A DNA stretch of 64,000 nucleotides from positions 96,286,001 to 96,350,000 of the forward strand of contig OZ024741.1 of NCBI GenBank assembly GCA_964016885.1. Reading direction: 5' to 3'. Position numbers and translations under genes: made by a program. This DNA comes from Eledone cirrhosa. Lineage: Eukaryota. Positions 14,701 through 26,736 of this stretch are shown here, piece by piece. Every line of letters begins with the position of its first letter. Position 1 is the stretch's first letter. The notes beneath the pieces are model-generated. The model did no database searches, was not told the DNA's origin, and saw only the letters and a program-made list of their open reading frames with translations.

Positions 14701-15571
14701 CGTCGAATTGCTTTTACCCACTGTGGAACGCTGCACGCACGTACACACACATAAACATACGCACATGTACATACACACGCACACATGGTAATAGTAACAG
14801 CGTTCACTTTGCCTCTCTGTTTCTTACTCTTCCCTCTCACTCCCTCATTAGCATTATGCATATTAATTTAAGTTTGACGTCGTTGACGTGGGCGGAGTCG
14901 TTTGAAACCTATAAACCAATGATAATCGAGAATTATGACACACGGAATACTGACATTGTTGAAATTAATATATAAATATATCGATCTCTTTTGATATATA
15001 TATATGTAATAATAATAAATTTGAAGACTAAAATCCAAAGACGGCTCGATAAGGATAACTATATATCATATATATATATATATATATATGTATAAAGATA
15101 CACAGACTCACCCTCAAATACACAACACACACATATATATGTAACTGAGTGTGTGTATGTGCAACAAACTTACCGATACTATTGTTGAAGGTATTGGCTC
15201 GAGGTTACACGGAGTGGGAGAGTAACCAATTGAAGGTGGCTGTAGAGGCAACACGTTAATCATACAAACATGAATAATTGTGTGTGAAAGTGTGAATAGA
15301 CACAAACACAGACGCGCACACACACATATATATAAATATATATATGCACGTACGTTATCGGCTTGACAAACGGAGTGCCAATATCACAGATTAAATTCCT
15401 TCAATACGGTACCTGAAGAAGGTTTCAGTCTAATGACTGAAACAGTATACGATAAAAAAAATGCATGCGCGCCACATATGAAAAACCTCAACAACAAGAA
15501 ACAAAACGGGAAGACAGCTCAGTGCAATTATGATATATATTATATTAAAGCTTGATGCCGCAGAAAACGTT

Positions 15572-15606
15572 TCCTAACGTTTCAGACGTTAGTCCTTTAT
15601 CAGAAA
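15572..15606 (-). ncRNA. Degenerate hammerhead motif, same family as 32986-33021
   Basis: CTGATAA-A-GGAC(TAAC)GTCT-GAAACGTTA; the core has G8 changed to A. Confidence 0.55.
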
Positions 15607-15690
15607 ATAGATTGAGAGAGAAGAAACAATAGATACATACTGAGATGAGAAATGAAAGAAACAACGGAAAGAATTATATATATATATATA

Positions 15691-17730
15691 GTAATAATAA
15701 TAAATTTGAAGACTAAAATCCGAAGAGGGCTCGATAAGGATAAATATATATCAAATATATAAGAACCGTAGAGCAAATATTTATTAAAATAACAGTTTAA
15801 AGTTTAAGCAAAGAAACGCTGCTTTCAAGCTTAACGGGATCTTCTGAAACTAACAAAGTCAATCTATAAACGCAGATGTGGATATTTCAAAAAACGTTGC
15901 AACCGGAGGAAGACAGGAAGACGATACTTTAGTTCGTGGAAACGTTCCCTTCACAAAACATACAAGTAATAGATACTTACCTATGCAAATAAGTAATGGT
16001 ATAAACATAACATATACTTAGCTACCACATCAAGACGTAAAATATCCACGTAAAGATCGTACTATCCGTTAGGGTATAATGTGGGGCTGCAATACAGGAA
16101 AGTTTTGTGCAATTTATGTTTACAAGCCGAAATTGCCTCAGATTTTTTGTTTAAGATGTGGTCTGTGGCGTAGAGTATGTCCAGGGCCTCAGCGGCGCAG
16201 AGATCACATGGTCTTTTATTTCCTTTATACGATCTAGCCCTATCTAGGATCTCCGAGTGTATATTATATTGGGTGTGGTTGTCTTTTAGACTCCAGATAT
16301 AAGCTGAAAGTGACGTCATATTCCTTCTTAGAGGGTAACGCGGGCGGTGGTTTGTACCATGATGATGGTCTTTTTACCATGACTAAGTGCGGCCCTCGCG
16401 CTTGGGACGGGTTCAGAAAAGAACTCACAGCCTTCTTTAAAGGCTTCAACCTCTCTATACAGGTTGAGGCCAACCTCTCGGTCGTTAATTACCTCGACGT
16501 TACCCTCAATTTATCGAATGGCTTGTATTACCCGTATAGAAAGCCGAATGATACGCTTAATTACATAAGTAAGCATTCCAACAATCCTGCCAGCATAACC
16601 AAGAACCTGGTAAGAAACGTTTCGCTGAGGCTTTCCCGTCTATCTACTAACGAAAATATCTTCAACGACCATTCCACTTATTACAATGACTCTCTTGCTC
16701 GGAGTGGATTTGTCGATAAGGTAGCATATACAGAGTACGAGAATAGACCTAGAAGAAATAGATCCCGTCGCATTATATGGTATAACCCACCATATAATAT
16801 GGAGGTGGCCACACCATTAGCTAAGATCTTTCTATCCCTTATTACGAAGCATTTTCCCCCTACACATAAATATAGTAAAATTTTTAATAGAAATACTATT
16901 AAAATTTCTTACTCTCCGACTCCTAACCTTGCACATAACATCACAGCTTCAAATTTAGCTAAACTACCTAGCCGTAGGAACACGTGCAACCCTGTAGTTA
17001 GTACTAACTGTAATTGTAGGAATCGGGATGATTGCCCCCTTTCCTGGAAATGCCTCTCTAGTAACATTGTCTACAAATGTAAGGTTGAAACACCCACGTC
17101 CCGTAAGGCCTACATAGGATTAACCGCCAATAGATTCAAGCAGCGTTTTATATGCATACCCATTCTTTCGTTACCCTCTAAGAAGGAATATGACGTCACT
17201 TTCAGCTTATATCTGGAGTCTAAAAGACAACCACACCCAATATAAGTTACACTGGGAGATACTAGCTAGGGCTAGATCGTATAAAGGAAATAAAAGACCA
17301 TGTGACCTCTGCGCTGCTGAGGTCCTGGAAATACTCTACGCCACAGACCACATCTTAAACAAAAAATCTGAATCAATTTCGGCTTGTAAACATAAATTGC
17401 ACAAAACTTTCCTGTATTACAGCCCCACATTATACCCTAACGGTAGTACGATCTTTACGTGGATATTTTACGTCTTGATGTGGTAGCTAAGTATATGTTA
17501 TGTTTATACCATTACTTATTTGCATAGGTAAGTATATATTACCTGTATGTTTTGTGAAGGGAACGTTTCCACGAACGAAAGTATCGTCTTCCTGTCTTCC
17601 TCCGGTTGCAACGTTTTTTGAAATATCCACTTCTGCATTTACAGATTGACTTTGTTAGTTTCAGAAGATCCCGTTAAGGGTGAAAGCAGCGATTCTTTGC
17701 TTAAACTTTAATCTGTTATTTTAATAAATA
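15691..17730 (+). mobile_element. 5'-truncated PLE family A (RT C-terminus plus GIY-YIG) with an inverted duplicate of its 3' end
   Basis: 16337-17730 on + matches 49583 onward (LYHDDG, CNCRNRDDCPL, IVYKC, YIGLT, CDLC). 15691-16340 is the reverse complement of the 3' part. Confidence 0.92.
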
Positions 17731-18029
17731 TATATATATATACATATAGTTCTTTCTGTTTTTTCTTTCATGCCAGAAGTTCTTTGAGAAAACAACAAAT
17801 ATTTCGGGACTGGGCATCTGAAAAGATCGTAATATCAGAGATAAACTTTGTTTGATCCTGATGTTTTTCTATTCTAGTTCTAGCTGTCTGATTAGGTGAT
17901 ATCTGTTGAATAATGGTTAGCACCGAAATATCACCGAATATGAATACACGAAGTTAATTTCAACCTGTTGACTTCTTGTTTACACACACACATACGCACG
18001 CAGATGCACACACAGATGCACACACAGAT

Positions 18030-18126
<97 letters not shown>

Positions 18127-18345
18127 CACACACACGCACACACACACATATATATATATATATTTATATATATAAACATATATGCATAGATAGATAGATA
18201 TACACATGCATACATATGTGCATATGTCTGAAAACGAATGAAGCATCCAGCATCCCCGCCAAAAACCACAAATGTGGCTCCGTCTATTCTGCCTACATTT
18301 TCTACCTAACGCCATAGCATCCCACATATATTATCAATAGACCTC

Positions 18346-18462
<117 letters not shown>

Positions 18463-18526
18463 AATATATATATATATTATATATAAACGTATACATACAT
18501 ATATATATATGTATCCATGTATATGC

Positions 18527-18597
<71 letters not shown>

Positions 18598-19344
18598 TAT
18601 ACAGGTGTGTGTGTGTGTGTGTCTTAATGCATATCTATGTCTATATGGTGCTATGTATATACCTGTGTTCACCATTGTCCTTTCATATACGTCTGTGTGT
18701 ATTTGTTAGAACATTAATATCTGTAAGTGAGGCAGTGAAAGCAAATGAATTATACTGCTTAAACATTTTCTATAATGAAGATGTTCTTAACCTTGTTTTT
18801 TGTTGTTGTTGTTGTTACTGTTATTGCATGACTCAGCATTCTGAAGAACTATCCCGAGTAATCAAATAAACGGTTAATGGTTGGTCAAAGTTATTCAGAA
18901 ATTCTAGAATATGGCTGAGTGAACAGTTTCCAGGTCAATACACAAACACAAACGCGTACACTAAAACACACCTAGACGTATTCGCGCACTGTCACACAAA
19001 GGCCCACTCCCAAAGATATGCATACATCGTTACGTACATGGGATTATATATACACGTGCATTAATTTACACAGTTATAAGTAAAACATAAAAAGCATGCA
19101 AATATAGTTATTTTTCATTAATCTATGTTCACACATATGCACATGTACATATATGCACATGTACATATATACATATTAATTCGCCACAAGACGCACATAT
19201 CAACACTGATACACATATAGAAACAGACCTTTCCAATACTCAGAAAAAATGTTACTCTGCAATTGTATTGAGTTCTTTGTTTCTTTGAAGTAGTCTTATC
19301 TAGTACACTGTATGAACTGTCAAACACATGTACATCTATGCATT

Positions 19345-20075
19345 TTTCCGAGCCGTATATTATTTTTCCAAGTCGTATATTATAATTGAATATAAAAGAA
19401 AAACGAACACAGAAATATACATATATACCATTTGAACACATATATGTATATGTCTGTGTTCGTTTTTCTTTTATATTCAATTATATTATACGGCTTGGAA
19501 AAATCTCTTTCCTAGAGCTATTTTATAGTAAGAGACTATTTTGAGTTTCTAACTCAATATATACCTTTGATATTTTCGGCTCCGTTAATTTCTTGAGCTA
19601 TTTGAAATGTCGAGTATACCTGGCTACTATTTTTAGTGGTGTGACCTTGTGAGACAGGCTAAGTTCAGATACCATGTGCGTTATTATATATACGCACACT
19701 ATTCAGTTTTTTAATATACTCAGAAGTGTCCAGGATACTAATTCTTGACCCACTGATGTGCAAGAATTGGTATTCCTCTTCAGAATTAATTTTGCGAAAC
19801 AGCATTACCAAAGCTGTCTGGGTGATTGGTAGTTACCACAATTCCGGTTTGTATTTGTTTTCTTGATTTATTCTTAAATTGAGTCTGGCAAACCCTATTG
19901 TCTATAGTTAGTATTCTTTTGACCTTAGAGAATCTGGTCCCTTACCATTTGAACACATATATGTATATATCTGTGTTCCTTTTTCTTTTATATTCAATTA
20001 TAATATACGGCTCGGAAAAATCTCTTTCCTAGAGCTATTTTATTTGGAGTTTCTAACTCAATATATACCTTTGAT
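19345..20075 (+). mobile_element. Non-coding 517-bp terminally redundant HHR-bearing element (retrozyme-like) with a short 5' inversion
   Basis: The unit start ACCATTTGAACACATAT occurs at 19427 and 19944. 19345-19426 is inverted unit sequence. Diverged copy at 58897-59450 (-). Confidence 0.75.
19748..19823 (+). ncRNA. Type I hammerhead ribozyme (A9 mutated)
   Basis: ACCCA-CTGATGT-GCAAGAATT...AATTAATTTTGC-GAAAC-AGC(ATTACCAAA)GCT-GTC-TGGGT. Confidence 0.8.
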
Positions 20076-20118
20076 ATATATATATATATATATAAAATAC
20101 ATACACACAGACACACAT

Positions 20119-20151
<33 letters not shown>

Positions 20152-20199
20152 AAATATATACACACAGACACACAGACTCACACGCACCCAAACACACAC

Positions 20200-20284
<85 letters not shown>

Positions 20285-21271
20285 TGTATTTGTGTAAAGG
20301 AACTAATACGGTAAGTACTCTCAATTCCGAATATTAGCTTGTCGAAGAGTAATTACTTCACATCTGAAGGATTCCATTCAGCGAGACTCCTACGTTTATG
20401 TTATAGTAAACTATACACATTGATCACATACTTACACACCTCACTCTTACACACATACAACTCTCATAAACACAGGTATGCATATGCACACACACATACA
20501 CATACGCACACACATGCACACAGACATGCACACACATGCACACATATATGTATATATTTTTCTTTTTCTCTGTTGAGATGTTTAATATGTACAGTGGGAA
20601 ATGAAAGACAGATGGATTTGAGTGCAACACTAAATAACTTCTGTTCTGGGTTCAAATCCCATGACAATCGATTTCGCCTTCCATCACGCCTGATCAATAA
20701 AACAAATACCAATAAAGCACTGACGTGGATTGAGTCGATTATACTCCTTTCCTATTTATTGTAGTCTCATCACACATTGATTTTTAAATATGAGCGTGTT
20801 TCATAAATTTGAGTAATATATATATATATAAATATATATATGCTCATTTACACATATATGCATGTTATATACGTGCATGTTATTCACACACACGTACACA
20901 CACATATATCTATATCTATATGTGTGTGTTTATGTGTGTTTGTATAGTTATGCATATAAGCATCTATTAATAATGTTGGAGATTTAAGCAGTTAAGACTT
21001 TAAGTAATTGAAAAATAGATTTCCAACTTCAAAAGTAAGTAGATGAATATATCATCGCTTCTAATATGTTTTACGACTTAACCTTAAACTCCAACAGGGA
21101 TGACCTTGACTTGTATTCCTCAGGAATATATAGCCAGGTAGCAACCAGGAACTAGGGTAGCTCTTAATCAGCTTTTGATTAAGGTTAAACGTAAATGTGA
21201 TACCCACTGTTTATATTATAAATCAATATATGTACGCAGTTTGAGACACTCAATTACATATATGCTTGCAT

Positions 21272-21343
<72 letters not shown>

Positions 21344-21465
21344 TTTATACACAATCCACACACAATAATTAAGCTTATTCTCTAGTAATTTATTGTGTAG
21401 CCTCTTCTCGAATCATCCCGAATTATATATATATATAATACCACAAACCCTCAATCTCAATTGTA

Positions 21466-21501
21466 CTTTTGAAGAGCATAAGACCTCTGAAACCGGTAAA
21501 G
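21466..21501 (+). ncRNA. Degenerate minimal hammerhead motif
   Basis: CTT-TTGAAGA-G...CTCT-GAAACCGGTA-AAG, with palindromic stem III ACCGGT. Confidence 0.45.
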
Positions 21502-21614
21502 GAAACAAATAAATATTCTCAAAAAGTCTCCAGCTGCATTTTCGATTTCACCTTTTTTCCTTATACTTTTACTCGTGTATGACATCTCGCTTTTTTCATT
21601 AAAAAACCCTCATT

Positions 21615-21647
<33 letters not shown>

Positions 21648-21814
21648 TATATGTATGTATATATATGTATATATACATAAAAATGTATATATATATTAAA
21701 TGTATATATTCCTACATGTAATTAATACACATAGGGATATAAGTATAGTCTGACCGTATGCTAATGTGGTTCAATGGCAAGTTAATAAATTAACAAGCCA
21801 GAATATATAAAAAT

Positions 21815-22385
21815 CAAGGATTCTAAACAGAAAATATCCTAAAAAATATATAAGAAATATAGATTCCAAAAAATTCAATGTACTTACTATATGTGCTCTT
21901 ACCGCAGTTTCAGATCCCAAACAAATAAATAATGCATGCGGAATTCCATTGAGAAAGAGATCCTCGTCAGAGGCTTTCTCTCTCGGAGAATATAAAATTC
22001 CGGAGTTCAAATTACAAACTGGCGCCATACAAAACTGCCTCAGAATGAGAATAAATGAATGATGAAACAATTTTGACTAGTACCGTGTGCAAAGACAGAA
22101 AGCAGGGTGGACAGTTCAATCCTGTGCCGCTAAAAATAGCAGCCGTTCAAACGACCAAAGGTTTCTCTGCCGTTGGGGAGAATAATATTAAAGGTATACA
22201 TGTAATTAATTCCCCGAGAGAGAAAAGCCTTCTGACGAGGATCTCTTTCTCAATGGAAATCCGCTTGGATTATCTATTTGTTTGAGATCTCTAACCGCGC
22301 TAAAGGCACATATAGTAAGTACAGTGAATCTTTTGGAATCGATATTTTTAATATATTTTTTAGGATATTTTCTGTGTTTACACTC
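21815..22385. repeat. Diverged inverted repeat (arms about 21815-21990 and 22209-22385), each arm carrying a hammerhead motif
   Basis: The arms are imperfect reverse complements. HHR at 21895-21974 (-, intact core) and 22227-22307 (+, GAAAC changed to CTAAC). Confidence 0.8.
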
Positions 22386-22407
22386 CCTCATTTTATATAT
22401 ATATATA

Positions 22408-23185
<778 letters not shown>

Positions 23186-23498
23186 CAATGATACTAAATA
23201 AATGGAAACTATATTTATAAAACCATATTTATTCTATTATATATAATTCAAGGGTACCAAAACTTTGGTACGCACTCATCAGATAAAATACAAAGTTTGT
23301 TTTATAAATATTGACATAACCAGGAAAGAATAACTTAACGGTTCAAGCTTTTCCTGGATAGTTTGCATTAAAAAGTTTTTCCTTGAATCTTATACTCCAG
23401 AAAAACTGTCGAGTGCTTTGACTCAGTTATAAACATTTATATTTGTTGAATTACCAACAAATTGAATATCCCTTTTGCTTATATATATATATATGTAT

Positions 23499-24885
23499 AT
23501 ACTATTAATAATGAGTTCAAAACTCAGGCTGTCCTTTACAATGAAATAGCTCAAAGAAAGAAGTATTTCTGAGCGATGTAATACAGGTTAATATAAATTA
23601 ATATATTTGATAAACATAAATACCAACATATCCGTGTTTGTATTGTAAATGACTAAGTTAGCTAGATTGAAATATACTAATTATAATAATACAGTTTGCC
23701 TGTCTCGATTTAAAATAATAAATCAATAAAAACAAAGCATATTGGCAAATGGCCGTGGTGCTTGAACAAATTTAAATTTCAAAATCAAACCTGTTCCGTA
23801 GACAGGTTTAAACCTTAAAATCCAAATATGTTTCGAAAAATGAAAAAGTGAAAGAATACCGCATTTTGATCTCCTCAGCAAGCACTAGAAAAATTGGTGT
23901 TTCACTTCAAAATATTTAAAAAGACAGTTTAACGCACATCGTTTTACACTCATGGTTATCCAGTGTCTAGCTGCCGCGTACTCGTGCTGCTAGAAATAAC
24001 AGCCGTTTATATGGGGCTAAAGTTAGCTCAACAAAGGAGCAGTGATACTATTAATAATGAGTTCAAAACTCAGGCAGTCCTTTACAATGAAATAGCTCAA
24101 AGAAAGAAGTATTTCTGAGCCGTGTAATACAGGTTAATATAAATTAATATATTTGATAAACACAAATACCAACATATCCGTGTTTGTATTGTAAATGACT
24201 AAGTTAGCTAGATTGAAATATACTAATTATAATAATACAGTTTGCCTGTCTCGATTTAAAATAATAAATCAATAAAAACAAAGCATATTGAGTTTTGAAC
24301 TCATTATTAATAGTATCACTGCTCCTTTGTTGATCTAACTTTAGCCCCATATAAACGGCTGTTATTTCTAGCAGCACGAGTACGCGGCAGCTAGACACTG
24401 GATAACCATGTGTATAAAACCATGTGCGTTAAACAGTCTTTCTAAATATTTTGAAGTGAAACATACCAATTTTTCTAGTGCTTCCTGAGGAGATCAAAAT
24501 GCGGTATTCTTTCACTTTTTCATTTTTCGAAACATATTTGGATTTTAAGGTTTAAACCTGTCTACGGAACAGGTTTGATTTTGAAATTTAAATTTGTCCA
24601 AGCACCACGGCTGTTTGCCAATATGCTTTGTTTTTATTGATTTATTATTTTAAATCGAGACAGGCAAACTGTATTATTATAATTAGTATATTTCAATCTA
24701 GCTAACTTAGTCATTTACAATACAAACACGGATATGTTGGTATTTGTGTTTATCAAATATATTAATTTATATTAACCTGTATTACACGGCTCAGAAATAC
24801 TTCTTTCTTTGAGCTATTTCATTGTAAAGGACTGCCTGAGTTTTGAACTCATTATTAATAGTATCACTGCTCCTTTGTTGAGCTA
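23499..24885. mobile_element. Non-coding 546-bp unit in tandem plus inverted arrangement, with a degenerate HHR-like motif
   Basis: ATACTATTAATAATGAGTTCAAAAC at 23499 and 24045. 24289-24885 is more than one unit in reverse complement. CTGAGGA-GA..TC-GAAAC at 24485-24533. Confidence 0.7.
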
Positions 24886-25520
24886 ACAGACACGCACACA
24901 CACACAGTAGCATTCCACCATACGAACATACTACACTGCCAATACAGAGGAACAAGGCAACAACACACGCACACACACACACACTCAAGCGAGACAACAA
25001 CACACGCACACACACACACAATAACATTTAACAAACAGGCAGAGAATGGACTGACAGCTAGCGCCACCCCACTCCCTCATTCGGCTGCTGACCTCTGCCC
25101 GACCGACCCCATTTCACGCGCACGCGCGCTCTGCCGAATACCTCAGATATTCAAAACAACAAACAGCGGAGGACGCGTTTCGCACCTGTCCGACAGACAA
25201 CCTTTCCCCCACTCCGGAAAAACCCTCAGTTGATGGATGTGAATCCGAAATATATAGGGACTATTAAATCTCTCCCAAGGTAACTCTCTCTTGTGTTGTT
25301 ATTTTAATTTTATCCTTTATACTCTTCCCTTCATTCTTCTACACATCTTACACATCTTCATACACACCACGCATCTCAACGTACACCCACTTACATCTCT
25401 CTCTCCACCACCGGATCTTGTTACCCGGAGATTTACCCATTTGCATTGTCGAGGCTTCCAAACGAGTTAAAGATATTTACTTATTATTCCACAATGCTTC
25501 AAGCAAACTTCAATACTCTC

Positions 25521-25560
<40 letters not shown>

Positions 25561-25649
25561 ATTTCTAAAGAATGAAACAGTTCAAGTCCTGTAGAATCTC
25601 ATATATATATATATATATATATATACTCCAGTCCTACAAACTCACCTCC

Positions 25650-25742
<93 letters not shown>

Positions 25743-25826
25743 GGAGGTGAGTTTTATTGTAGTACAATAAAGCAATGCAGATATCGGATAAGAAGCACTC
25801 TACAGTTTGTAGGACTGGAGTATACA

Positions 25827-26082
25827 TAATATAAGATCAAAAGATGGTTAAAGGAGTTCCATGTATTTTATTATGCGCATTTCAAAAACAAACATCATCA
25901 TGCAATAATATTTGTGTTTTCATCAGATAAAACAGGTTTTATCTGATGAAAACACAAATATTATTGCATGATGATAAAACAGGTTTTATCTGATGAAAAC
26001 ACAAATATTATTGCATGATGATGTTTGTTTTTGAAATGCGCATAATAAAATACATGGAACTCCTTTAACCATCTTTTGATCT

Positions 26083-26088
<6 letters not shown>
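25827..26088. repeat. Fold-back palindrome with an internal short tandem duplication
   Basis: 25827-25932 is the reverse complement of 25984-26088. Confidence 0.9.
25984..26050 (+). ncRNA. Minimal type I hammerhead ribozyme (mirror copy 25866-25932 on -)
   Basis: TTTTAT-CTGATGA-AAACACAAATATT...GATGTTTGTTTTT-GAAA-TGCGCA-TA-ATAAAA: 6-bp stem I and palindromic stem III. Confidence 0.8.
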
Positions 26089-26150
<62 letters not shown>

Positions 26151-26151
<1 letters not shown>

Positions 26152-26720
26152 GTATTAATTATACTATTTATGGTTATGTAAATACAAAAACCTTATGCAG
26201 TTATATGTATTTTTTATACAAACCCTAAATAGTGGTAGGCAGTAATGTATTACTACCTTATTACCAGTAAGTTAAGTAGCTCAATGTAAAAACATCAGAT
26301 GATTTACAGAGCAGTTATATGAAATATAAGAATCAAGGAACTGTTCAAAACATTATTGTGCTCACAGCTGTTTCCTCCAAACCGAGGTTCGGTTTCTTCG
26401 GAGCAATTTATTAATGAATGGACAGTTATATGATCTCCTTTTCAGCCAAGAGACATACCGATACATATGCAAATATTGTGGGTCAACATTCATTACAGAA
26501 TTTAGAGTGGCAGTACACACTTCGAGATTACATTCATATTAAAAGGTACAATCAAAAATCAATATTTGCATACGTATCGGTATGTCTCTTGGCTGAAAAG
26601 GAGGTCATATAACTGTCCATTCATTAATAAATTGCTCCGAAGAATCCAAACCTCGGTTTGGAGGAAACAGCTGTAAGCACAATAATGTTTTGAACAGTTC
26701 CTTGATTCTTATATTTCATA
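26151..26720 (-). mobile_element. Non-coding HHR-bearing repeat with a fold-back arm (family also at 52917-53245)
   Basis: 26317-26476 is the reverse complement of about 26561-26720. 26151-26400 is a diverged homolog of 52917-53240. Confidence 0.75.
26633..26679 (+). ncRNA. Hammerhead motif with variant core CCGAAGA
   Basis: TGCT-CCGAAGA-ATCCAAACC(TC)GGTTTGGAG-GAAAC-AGCT-GTA-AGCA. Confidence 0.75.
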
Positions 26721-26736
26721 TATATATATATATATT

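Noticed and set aside
15405-15452. CTGAAGA..GAAAC-A-GTA hammerhead-like string
   Set aside because: Stem I is out of register and a competing hairpin sequesters GAAAC; at best a decayed motif.
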